Origin: the human T2T-CHM13v2.0 reference genome, Homo sapiens
Assembly (NCBI RefSeq): GCF_009914755.1
Contig: NC_060929.1
Length of the DNA: 64,000 bases
Reading direction: 5' to 3' (one strand)
This document shows, piece by piece, positions 36,263 through 47,944 of this stretch (position 1 is its first letter; every line of letters starts with the position of its first letter). A program made the position numbers and the translations under genes. Below the pieces are notes generated by a model. It searched no databases and was not told the DNA's origin. It saw only the letters and a list, made by a program, of their open reading frames with translations.

Positions 36263-39200
36263 GTAGATACCAGAAAGAATCCTAAAAAGCATACACTCAG
36301 CAGCAGATTTTAAAACTGGATCATTTAAGTATAAGATGGCAATAAGGACCCAGTACTTGTAGTAATGGGGTAGTAATAATCCATGGCATTAGATAGTATC
36401 ATAATTACTCATTTTTTAAACTTTTGATTTATTGGGATAAGATATAGGCTGAAGTCAGGTAGTGGTTTTGCTATGGCTGTATTGCTTAAATGGTACAGAG
36501 GCAGTGATATTTACAAAGATCAGTAGAGTAGCCTGGCTTTTGTAAACCCTCTACCCCAGTGGTAGCCAATTTAATAATACTTATTTGTATTGGTTTTTCT
36601 TTAAAAAAGAAAATGGTAAGCTTATTCAACTGTCAACTTAAAGTAGCTGTGAAAACCAGAAGGCCAACATGGAAATTTTAGAGCCTAAAGGAGACTCATC
36701 TCTTGCAACATCAGGACAAACTATTGAATATCAGGCATGAAATTTAATGGCAAGAGTGGTAAGATGGCCGAGAAAAGTGAATATAGACTTGATAGTCGCC
36801 CATGCCAAACTGAGGCCTTCATAACAAACTGAGGCCTTCATAAGAAACAAAGGGAACTCTGAGACCTGTGATGGAGATGTTTGGTGGATGAGCTTGAGAA
36901 TCTTGAACTCTCCAATTCCCTTAAATTCTCCATAAATGCACAAGTAGAGGAGAGCAACCTGTATACCCTTCAAGGTCTCCCCAGGTGTGGGTGACTTGCA
37001 AGCTGACAGATGTCCTCCTTCAGAGCTATCCCCACCACCCCTCATTGTGCCCAGGCCTATAACAGGATCAGGTGTTGGCACAGCTGACAGAAGAATGTAA
37101 AGCCCATACTCAGGGAGGGAGTAGCTTACACTTGAAGGAATCGTAATAACTGGCTGACACATACTACAGGGACTGAGAGAACACACGTAAGAGAGGCTTT
37201 TGAGGGTTAGTGGTCCAGGAGGAGAAATATAAAGCCAGATAGAGGAGAATTTAGTAGAAAGGAGAACTAGCCCTGCTACACTATGGGAATGCTTTCTTGA
37301 AATTAGACATGATGGGTCCATGGTAAATTAGGAGGACATGCCAGCACCTCCTTGGCTAAGTAGTAAGAAAGTACCAAGAAAGGAGCCAGAAGAGTCAGAG
37401 AGATTGAAATGTTAAAGTGGATTTCTCAGTAAGAACAGAAAACCCTGACAGGTGCAGCAAATCACCATGGCACACGTTTACCTATGTAACAAACCTACAC
37501 ATCCTGCACATGTACCCTGGAACTTTAAATTAAGTTAAATTAAAATGTTTTTTAAAAGACCGGAAAACCCAATACACGTTTCTGTTTCCTGGGAGGGCCC
37601 AGAGGATACTTCCTTCACTAAAGCCACAAGAGTGCATGGGAGAAGCATCTCAGGATGGGAGGGGCAGGGGGATCTTTAAGAAACAGCTTTAAGAAACTTG
37701 GTGAGGGAAAGTAATCTGAAATATATTGTTGACAGTAAAAGAGAGTGTAATGAAGCTCTGCTCCGTGGTGCCAAACGAGGTGATAGGATTCCAGAAAAGG
37801 AGAAATTTGGGGTTGGCATTTAATTGTTAAAAGCAAAGTGTATGTAGTTACCAAGTCATAAGGTCAGGAGGGCATAGCAAGAATTTATTAAGCAATAGAA
37901 ATAATACATTCCGTCCACCTTGAATTAGTTGAAAAGTGGGGAAAGGGGGAAATATACATTCAGGATCAGGTCCAGAAGGCACGAGTAAATTATAATGAAG
38001 AGGCAGCCCAGACTACCAGGTCACATATCTTTGTCATGCTGTCACCAATCTCTCGGCTTGTATGTAAGGTCTCATGGGGAGTGGAGGGGTAGTTCTTCCT
38101 ACCAACTGATGGAGGAGGAAACACAGTCTTGGTGCGCAGATGAGTCAGAGCAACGTCTGTGCTGTCAAAAAATGGACTTCTGTTGTATTATATTCCCATT
38201 CAGGAGTGGTCCTAAAGGGCAGTCATGAAAGGAAATCATTCCAATAGGCATATCTGCAAGTCATTTATTTGATTATTTACCTAGTGTGGACAGAGAAGTG
38301 GTCCAAGATATGGATATGAATTCCTGAGCTACGTTGAATGACTTGGGTGGTTATTAGAGGTCTGAAAGGAATTAGATTGAAGACCAAAACATGACTGGTG
38401 ATGAGGTATGTGGGTGACCAGTGGAAGATGGTCCAAGGCATGCAGAATTTTTTTTATGCTAATACCCATCTGAGACCATCCTGGAAGCAATCAAATTCTA
38501 GGTGCACAGAATGATTTGTTCAGTGAATGTCAATAAGTCTCACTCCTTGGCCAGTCCAGTGCTAACCAGCTAAACCCATGAACATAGTATGCATGCTGGC
38601 AAAGATGATTAAGCACAGCACCAACTTTTACAAACTCTGATCTAGCTACTCTCACTGCTGAGTGCCCAATCTGCCAGCAGCAGAAATCAATGTTGAATAT
38701 TCAATAAGGAACAATCCAATATAGAACAATGCCTCAGGAGAACAGCTAGCCATTTAGTGGCAAGTTGATTACATTGGACTCTTTCACCCTGAAGAGTACC
38801 ACAATGTGTCCTTTCCAGAATTTACATCTACTCTCATAAGAAATTGTCTTCCTTGTCCCAAGTGCTTCTTGCAGCACTGCCATCTAAGGGCTTACAGAAT
38901 GCCTGAACTATCACATAGTATTTCCCACAACATTGTCTTAGATCAAGGAGCCCATTTTATTGCAAAGAAGCTGTGACAATGAGCACATAACCATTGGCCT
39001 AATCATGTAACCAATTGCTCAGAAGTAGCTGACCCAACAGAACAGTGGAAGTCTTGTCAAAGGCTCAGCTACAGCACCAGCTTGGGGAAGACATGGTCAT
39101 AGCAAGGACTGGGTTGCTGTAATCCATGACGTGGTATATATGTTAAGCCAACAGCTAAAAACTCATGCTGTGTCCTCAGTAGCCATAATGCATGCATCTC

Positions 39201-39270
39201 AGGATCAAAGAGTAAAAATCATCCCTGATGTTCCATTTCCAGAATTGGTGCCTCTACACTGGGGGCTTTT
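36263..39270 (+). mobile_element. Decayed ERVL internal region (gag remnant, RNase H and integrase remnants; RT apparently deleted)
   Basis: Translates to ERVL integrase motifs LATLTAECPICQQQK (from 38642), WQVDYIG (from 38758) and DQGAHFIAK (from 38941). RNase H-like region at about 38100-38420; many stops and frameshifts. Confidence 0.85.
37446..37555 (+). mobile_element. Short L1PA 3'-end insertion in the ERVL
   Basis: 'aggtgcagcaaatcaccatggcacacgtttacctatgtaacaaacct...'; TSD aagaacagaaaaccc (37431-37445)/aagaccggaaaaccc (37556-37570). Confidence 0.88.
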
Positions 39271-39299
39271 CTGCCTTCCACACTGGGGTTTCTCTGTTG

Positions 39300-39668
39300 A
39301 TGATAAAGCAAGGGGCACCAAAGGAACCCATTTGTTGTCTATGTATGCACTCAGAAGTGCAGGAGTCATTCCTTGTGGGGCAAACCTTGGACCAATGGGA
39401 GATGAGACTAATGGGCAAACATTTCCCCTAAAATGCATTTCATGCTGTTTCTCAGAAGGCTCCCTGGGACCAAACAACCTGTCTTTCCCATAGTGGTTCC
39501 AACTTTATAACACTGCCTTGTATTGGCTCTCTCTCTTTCTCTGCTTTGCTTCCCCTTTCCCTTATTCCTGCCCCCTGCAAAAAAAAGAAAAAGAAAAAGA
39601 AATTCCAGTAAAGTACTGCCCATAAGTGCTCTCACATTTTGCATTCCGGGGGAAATCTGAACAAGCCA
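39300..39668 (+). mobile_element. ERVL 3' LTR (partial)
   Basis: 'cagaagtgcaggagt...ggggcaaaccttggaccaatgggagatg' parallels the 5' LTR 'cagaagcac...aaacctttgacaaatagatg'; ends 'gggggaaatctgaacaagcca'. Confidence 0.6.
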
Positions 39669-39777
39669 GGTCCTGTGCTAGTGGTTTTCACAAAAAAAAA
39701 GAAAACTTGCTCCAAAACGTAATTAGCATCTCTTTTACCAGAACCAAGGCCTCTAACAATTTTTCTTCTTTTTAAAA

Positions 39778-39779
39778 TA

Positions 39780-39839
<60 letters not shown>

Positions 39840-39848
39840 TATATATAT
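39778..39848. repeat. (TA)n(CA)n microsatellite
   Basis: Direct reading. Confidence 0.95.
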
Positions 39849-40039
39849 AAAGGTATAACTTACAATAAAGTGTGTGTATCTTAAGTGTACAGCTTAATGA
39901 ATTTTTATATTTGTATATCCTTCTTGACAGCAAATTTTAAAGATGAATTATATCCCCACAAAACAACTTAAACTCAAATCTGTAACAGGTGTTTTATTGC
40001 ATGTCGATTTACTCTCCTCTTTCTATAAATAAAATACGA

Positions 40040-40560
40040 CTGCTCTAGCTCAGGCCTTCATTCTTTCTCACTGTAACAACTTTCTAACAAGCTCCCTTTA
40101 GTGTTTTGACTTCCTTAAATCAGTCCTTCACTGTCACCAGAGAAAGCTATCTAAATGAAAACTCTGACTTTGTCACTCTTCTGCTTACAATTCTTCAGTG
40201 GCTGCTGATTACCTAAAGGAACTAGGGTTCCTTATCCTGGTACTCAAGGCCCTCCTCCTTTTATATTGTCCCTCAACCCTGCCTATCTACCTAGATAATT
40301 TTACTCATCTTTTACACCTTAGATTATAGCTCTTTTACTCCAGGAAGCCTCCTTAGCCTCCGTTTTCCAAGCCATGCCCCATAGTACCCTGTGCCTATCT
40401 CCCTGGTTGTACCAAACACTTGATATTTTAAATATCAGTTCGCCTGTCTGTTTGCTTCTAAAGACAAGCATCATAATCATTTGCATTCCAATAACCCCAG
40501 TGCAAAGCTTATTACCTGAGTCATAATATGCAATTAATAATTTTTTTAGTAAATAGATTA
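40040..40560 (+). mobile_element. L2 3' fragment
   Basis: 'ctctagctcaggccttcat...gtcactcttctgcttacaattcttcagtggct...ctccaggaagcctcc...aataat'. Confidence 0.65.
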
Positions 40561-40628
40561 AAGGAGAAAAGAATATTTAAGACACTGTACTCAACAAATG
40601 TGTACCAAAAAATTTAAAACCAAGAGAT

Positions 40629-40829
40629 GGCCAGGCATGGTGGCTCATGCCTGTAATCCCAGCACTTTGGGAGGCTGAGGTGGGTGGAGAGCTTGAGCCT
40701 AGGGGTTCAAGACCAACCTTGGCAAGATGGTGAAACCGCACCTCTACCAAAAATACAAAAGTTGGCCAGTCTCATAACAGGGTCTCAAAATAAATAAATA
40801 GATAAAAATTAAAAATAATAAATAAAAAT
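40629..40829 (+). mobile_element. Alu left monomer (FLAM/AluJ-like) plus short atypical 3' segment and A-rich tail
   Basis: Left arm, 'aaaaatacaaaa' linker, then 'gttggccagtctcataacagggtctc' and tail; TSD-like aaaaccaagagat/aaaaagaagagct. Confidence 0.9.
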
Positions 40830-43544
40830 AAAAAGAAGAGCTTTTGATAAAACCAAATCCCACATATTTGAATTTCTACCTTAGAGTAGACAGATCACCC
40901 CTGTAATCATATATCTGACTTCCTACCTGCATGGAACTCAAACATCTGCTATCAAGAGATTAAACTGCTCTGACGTAGGCATCACCCTGCCCTGAGGCCT
41001 GGTGCTCTAAGGTGTCCTGGTTACCCACAGCGCTCTGAGTCAGTGTTGAGCCATTCTCACTGATGGCTCATAGTACCATGGGTCTCAAGCTATTGAGTTA
41101 CAGTTTTCCATATCCCCGGTATTCAGTCTTAGTTGTTGCCTAGTTTTTCATCTCCCTGCTTTACATTCTAGTTCCCCCAATGTCTAAGTCTTTTGCCCTT
41201 TATCCCCATCTTCTGGAGACTAAATGGCTGCCTTCCAACAGGTTGATTGCCTGATCTCTGAAACTTTATGAGTCACTTACCCTAGATCTGAGACTTGATT
41301 TGAACCAAAGGTACACGTTTGTGATCTGTCCTTCCTGCCTCTTGGCCTGGCACCCAGTTTTAGATCTCCCTTCAGGCTCATTTCATGCAGATATGCTTGG
41401 ACTTACGATTCTGATCATCCTTTGACCTGTCTCATCATCCTTCTCATATCCTAAGTTAGCACTTCCCCCAATTATTCAACTTTTGTGTAAATCCGTATTT
41501 TGTTATATTGAGTCTTCTTAACGTGAGTTATACTCATGATACAAAGCAGAGCCAAGTGTAGGAGTGAGTTTGGAGGTGATAACTCTTTCTGAGTGGACCC
41601 AAACAATTCAGTACTTTGTATAAGATGATTTAGAGTCTGGTACAAAGCACCTCTTAGGGGCCTATTCAGTGTGAACAAGTTCTCTAACATCAAGAACCTG
41701 ACAGTTTGGTTGAGGAAGAACAACAGGCTCCTATGAAGTCATCCAGAAGTGTATGTTTACATGGCAGCTACTTAGTTTATCAGCCTTTCTCTGGCTACCT
41801 GCCTTAAATTATTTCCTTAGCAAAATCGACTTTGCTTATCCAAATGCCCTAAAATGCAAACCAGTTTTGCTTCCCCATAAATCTCTGGAATTAATAGGAA
41901 AAAGAATTTGAAACTTTGTCCCAAAATAAGACATTGATAACATTTCCTTTATGTTCAGGATCAATTTGTTGGCATTTCCCTAACTCATCTGCATCCTTCC
42001 CTAAAGGAATAAATGACTTCCCAGTTTAACGAGATCTCTTTATTGTGCACAGAAGAACACATGGCACTTCATCATGTATGACTGCCCTCTGCCTTTATGA
42101 ATATCATGAAATTTGGCTATCTGCTCCAAGATCTCCTTCTTTGCTTCTCCTCTTTTTAATTCCATGAAACCTAACCCTGGAGATAATATGTATGTACAAC
42201 CTATTTTCTCATGATCAGTATTTTTAAATCACAACAGGAAAGGAGCCAACAAAGTCATCTTTGGTCTTTGGCTATCTTCTTATAGGAACACTTTTTCCTT
42301 CATTTCCTTGTTATTATTTGGTTGTAAAGTCCTCCAAGACACTGAATTGTTAGACCTGCAACTTTTTGTAGAAGAGAATTCTGTTTTGCTGAGTAAAGTG
42401 CAGCATGCTGCATTCTCTATGTTGGAGATGAGGTATTGATTTTTTTTAATAATATTTGGTTCAGGGGTATATATTGCTGCTGAATTATTATGTTTCTTAG
42501 AATTGAACATTTCACAAATGGATCCAAGATGGCCTTTTATGGATTGAAATAGTTCTGAACAGTACATTATCAATAGCAACAAAATAAATCACCAGGATGT
42601 GAATAAAATATTGATTATATATTCCTTTCCTCCATTAATTTGAACTTTACATCTAGTATTTCAATTTTTCTGTAATGAGATACCATTATATCTACATTGA
42701 TTATAGCCTAGAAATGTTTTCAGTTAAAATTTCGAAGTAAAAAGTTTTTTGTTTCAGGAAAAGTGGGCTGAAAACAAAATATAAGGTAACATTTCAAAAT
42801 AATTTGTATGATGTCAATGGCTTAACAGTGGTTATTTCATGAACTCAGAAAAATCTTATTGGAAAAGTATTCATCTTATGAACACATATAGCTGAGAAAA
42901 TAGAGTTTAGGCTGACTTGCAGCATTAGGTCTTGATACAATTTAAATAAAGAACTTGAAAACATTCATAACACTTATGTCGGCCTACAGAGAAAGGTACT
43001 TACTTAACTCATGTTCTCCCACTTAGGCCATGTGAACAGACTCTTTTACATAATGTGATTGTAGTCAAAGGTCCTCAAACATCATTATTATCATCCTCAT
43101 GGTTATCATCACCCTTACCGCCATTGTGTACCCAACTGCAAGGTAGCATAGGGACATCAAATCTTAGCATTTTCAAGGGGTTAATTTTAAAGAAAGAGAG
43201 TGTAAATGTCAAACACAGTTTTAAAACTAGAAGGAAGGAACTGTCAGTGGATCAAAGCTGAGGTTAGTTCCCAGAGTCCAGTTAGATATATTAAGAGTTA
43301 AATGAGAGACGCACTGACACTAGGTCATGGTCCTGTTTCTTGACTTTTGAACCACTGCTTTTTCATGGCTTTTATCAACAATAACAGGATACAAAGTGCT
43401 AAAAGTGTGGGAAGATATTTACATTTAAGGAGAACAAAAAAACATGACACTGATGGTTTAAAAAAAGTCACATGGAAGAAAAATGAGAGAGAAAGTCATA
43501 ACAAAGGGCTGGACTTGAAGTTAAATCCCTATTAGGTCCTGTAA

Positions 43545-43735
43545 AATGCTGAACACATTAGGTTAAATATTTACTCTTCAAACCAAGCTTTTGTGGTGTA
43601 GATACCATTTATTCTATTTTACAGATAGGAGGTGTTGGGCTCGGAAAGTTTAAGCAACATGCCCAAGATCACCCAGCTGGGAGTAGTGAGGCAGAATTAA
43701 ACACCAAGCTCAACTGATGCAAAGATTGTTCTACT
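43545..43735 (-). mobile_element. MIR SINE
   Basis: 'tattttacagataggagg...ggctcggaaagtttaagcaacatgcccaagatcacccagctgggagtagtgaggcagaatt'. Confidence 0.7.
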
Positions 43736-43912
43736 ACAGATGATTCTCAAACCTAGCTCATGTTACTATCACCTAGGGATCTCTGAAGAAGTACCTCTGC
43801 CTGGGCACCACTCAGGATCAATTGAACTAGAATCTGTAAGGGAGTCAAACATCCGTACTTTTAGAAAGCCCTTTATACAATTATGATGTATAGCCAAGGT
43901 TGAAAACACTGA
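43736..43912. mobile_element. MER5-type MITE
   Basis: 'tgattctcaaacctagct...atcacctaggg...gaatctgt...gtatagccaaggttgaaaacactg'. Confidence 0.65.
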
Positions 43913-44339
43913 ACTAACAGAAGGCTACCGAAATGGTGTGAATTAGGGAGCAGTGAAAAGGCCACCTGTCCAGGACACAAAGTAACCGATATTTCCATAG
44001 ACTCTATTGACAGAGTTCCTGTAACAGCCAAAACAAATATTTTTTGCAGAAGCATATCAACAGATGATTCTTTTCAGCATGTTTACAGCTAATTCATAGC
44101 CCAGAAAGGAGGTTGAAAAACAATGATAAGTGGATATAACTTCCTAATAAAAACTTAGAATTGCATAGATATTTCCTGTAGGAAATATCAAAGTTAATTG
44201 AGGCATAAGAATTCACTTAAAAGGCCACTGCAAAAAAAAAAATAAACAAAGCTTAAAATTTGCACTTTCACTTTGCAATAAGTCCTCGTTGCTTTTCAGA
44301 ATAGTTTGGTATCTAAAACCTTGAGAAATGTAAGGAATA

Positions 44340-44690
44340 AGTTCAAGAGAGAGGTCAAGCTGGAGTCTTATAACAAGCATATAGAGATCATTTCAAGATT
44401 GGAAATTGAGGGCATCACTTAGAAAGGATAATAATAAAAGAGAAGTGTGCCTAAGATTGAAACTTAAGTACTTAAGAGACTCTTAAGAAGGAGTGGCAGG
44501 AAGGTACAAGGAAAACAGGATGACATAAGGACTTGAAGTTAACAGAGTACAAGATTTCCAAATGTGGGAAACAACTGTTCAGACACTGTTGAGAAATCAA
44601 GAAGGATGAAGACAGAGGAGCATCTATTGCATTTGGCAATATGGATGTCAACAGTGACCAGTGACACTTTGCTGTCCACTGTATTGTACA
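44340..44690 (-). mobile_element. L2 fragment
   Basis: 'gttcaagagagaggtcaagctggag...gagaaatcaagaaggatgaagacagag...catttggcaatatggatgtca...gtgacc'. Confidence 0.6.
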
Positions 44691-44983
44691 TGTATTATTA
44701 TACCTCATTGGTGTTCTGCCAAGAAATTATAACTCCTATTGTGTCTGATGGCTAAATAAGTTGGAAATCCTAACTTAGATGACTTTTACAACCTACAATT
44801 TTAAAGTTCCTTTTAGGAGAGCTAAACTTCAGTTATTTGGAGAGGGTTGGGGGCACAATTAGAATCAGAAAAGCTGAACTAGAGAAGAGAAATATGTATA
44901 TTTAACATTTATCTTACCTATGTTGAAAAATATATCACTGGTATATTTCTAGTTATCTCTCTTAATTCAAAAACTTACACTGG

Positions 44984-47760
44984 TTTCCCAGTGAAGAAAA
45001 GTCTGGGACCCAATGGCTTCACTGCTAAATTTTACCAAATATTTAAAGAAGAACTAATACCAGTTTTACTCAAACTATTCCAAAAAATAGAGGAGGAGAG
45101 AATACTTCCAAACTCACTCTACGATGCCAATATTGCCCTGATACCGAAACCAGACAAAGACACATCAAGAAAAAAAAAAAAAGAAGAAAGAAAGAAAAGA
45201 AAACTACAGGCCAATATCTGATAAATATTAATGCAAAAATCTTCAACAAAATACTTGCAAACCAAATTCAACAACGCATTAAAAATATCATTCATCGTGC
45301 CAAGTGGGATTTACCCTAGGGATGCAAGGATGGGTCAACATATGCAAATCATCCAATGTGATACACTATATCAACAGAATGAAGGACAAAAACCATATGA
45401 TCATTTCAATTGGTGCTGAAATTTATCATTGAAGCGATGTTGAAATTCAACATCTCAAATCAATAAAAGTCATATACAATAGACTCACCACTAGTATCAT
45501 ACTAGATGGGGAAAACCTGAAAGCCTTTCCTCTAAGGTCTGGAACACAGCAAGGATGCTCATTGTCACCACTGTTATTCAACATAGTATCAAAAGTCCTA
45601 ACTAAAGCAATCAGACAAGAGAAAGAAATAAAGAGCATCCAAATTGGAAAAGAAGAAGTCAAATTATCCTTGTTTGCAGATGATATGATTTTATATTTAG
45701 AAAAAGCTAAAGGCTCCACAAAAAACTGTTAGAACTGATAAACAAATTCAGTAAAGTTGCAAGAGACAAAATCAACATACAAAAACCAGTAGGATTTCTA
45801 CATGCCAACAGTGAACAATCTGAAAAAGAAATCAGGAAAACAATCCTATTGATTGTACAATAGCTACAGGCAAAATTAAATACCTAGGAATTAACTTGAA
45901 CAGAGAAGTGAAAGATCTATACAATGAAAATTATAAAACACTGATGAAAGAAATTGAAGAGGATGCCAAAAATGGAAAGCTATTCCATGTTCATGGATTG
46001 GAAGAATCAATATTATTAAAATGTCCGTACTACCCAAAGCAATCTACAGATTCAATGCAATTCCTATCAAAATACCAATGACATTCTTCACAGAAATAGA
46101 AAAAGTAATCTGAAAATGTATATAGAACCACAAAAGATGCTGAAAAGCCAAAGCCATTCTGAGCAAAAACAACAAAACTGGAAGAATCATATTACCTGAC
46201 TTCAAATTATACTACAGCACTATAGTAACCAAAACAGCATGGTGCTGGGATAAAAACAAACACATAGACCAGTGTAACAGAATACAGAACCCCAAAATAA
46301 ATCCATACATTTTTGTTAAAGCTGCGAAGAACATACATTGGGAAAAGACAGTCTCTTCAATAAATGGTGCTGGGAAAACTGAATATCCACATGCAGAAGA
46401 ATGAAACTAGACCCCTATCTCTCACCATATACAAAAATCAAATCGAAATGGATTAAAGACTTAAATCTAAGACCTCAAACTACGAAACTACTACAAGAAA
46501 ACATTGAGGAAAATTTCTAGGACATTGGTCTGGGCAAAGAGTTATTGAGTAATATCCCAAAAGCACAGCAACCAAAGCAAAAATGGACAAATGGAATTAC
46601 ATCAAGTTTAAAAGCTTCTTCATAACAAACAATAAACAAAGTGAAGAGACAACCAACAGAATGGGAGAAAATATTTGCAAACTTTCCATCTGACAAGGGA
46701 TTAATAACCAGAATACATAAGGAGCTCAAACAACTTAGAAGAAAACCAAATAATCTGATTTTTAAATGGGCAAAAATTCTGAGTAGACATTTCTCAAAAG
46801 AAGAGATGTAAATGGCCAACAGGAATATAAAAAGTTGCACTGCATCACTGATCATCAGGGAAATGCATATCAAAACTACAATGAGTTATCATCTAACCCC
46901 AGTTAAAATGGCTTTTCTCCAAAACACAGGCAATAACAAATGCTGGCAAGGATGTGGAGAAAAGGAAACTGTCATACACTGCAGGTGAGGATGTAAATTA
47001 GTACAGCCTCTATAAAGAACAGTATAGGGATTCCTCAAAAAAAAACTAAAAATAGAACTACCATATGATCCAATAATCCCACTGCTAGGTATATTCCCAA
47101 AAGAAAAAGAAATCAGTATATCAAAGAGATATCTGCACTGTCATATTTATTGCAGCACTATTCACAATAGCCAAGATTTGGAAGCAACCTAAGTGTCCAT
47201 CAATAGACGAATGGACAAATAAATAGATAAAGGAAATGGATAAAATGAATGGATATACACAATGGAGTACTATTTAGACATAACAAAAGAAGGAGATTAC
47301 ATCATTTGCAACACCATGGGTGAAACTGGAGGTCATTATGCTAAATGGAATAAACCAAGCACAGAAAAACAAACTTTGCATATTCTCTTTCATTTGCAAG
47401 AGCTAAAAATGAAAATGATTGAACTAATGGAGATAAAGAATAGAATGATGGTTACCAGAGGCTGGGAAAGGTAGTTGGGAAAGGGGGAGGGATGTGAGGA
47501 TAATTAATGGGTACAAAAATATAGTTAGATACATATATAAGATCAAAAGATCTTATTCACTTGATAGCACAACAAGGTGATTACAGTCAATGAAAATAAA
47601 TAGTACATTTTAGAATAAGTTAAAGAGTGTAATTGGATTGCTTGTAACACAAAGAAATGATAAATGCTTGAGGTAATGGATACCCCATTTACCCTGATGC
47701 AATTATCTCATATACTCCACAAACATACACACCTATTATGTATTCATAAAAATAAAAAAA
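44984..47760 (+). mobile_element. 5'-truncated L1MA (about L1MA2), ORF2 RT/C-terminal region plus 3' UTR
   Basis: ORF 44991-45221 ([33 protein letters not shown]) is L1 ORF2; RT motif 'ttgtttgcagatgatatgatt' (LFADDMI); L1MA-type 3' UTR 'gatagcacaac...gtgtaattggattg...ggataccccatttaccctgatg'. Confidence 0.92.
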
Positions 47761-47944
47761 GTTAAAATGCAATATTTGAAATAAAAAGAACTTAACAGTG
47801 AAGTGTGCTTTAGACTTTTTAAATTTCTTCACACTGAATGCATATAAATGACAAGATGTACTTCAGAAAATTGTAGTTGGAAATATATTTAGAAAAGTAT
47901 GAGCTTAAGGGTCATTATTTACTACATCTTAAAAAGTAGAGAGA

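Noticed and set aside
36731-37321. Longest ORF (196 aa, minus strand)
   Set aside because: Antisense to the decayed ERVL gag region; no recognisable domain or splice context.
47760-47800. Third possible L1 transduction after the L1MA tail
   Set aside because: TSD too degraded and no distinct second polyA run, so it cannot be supported.
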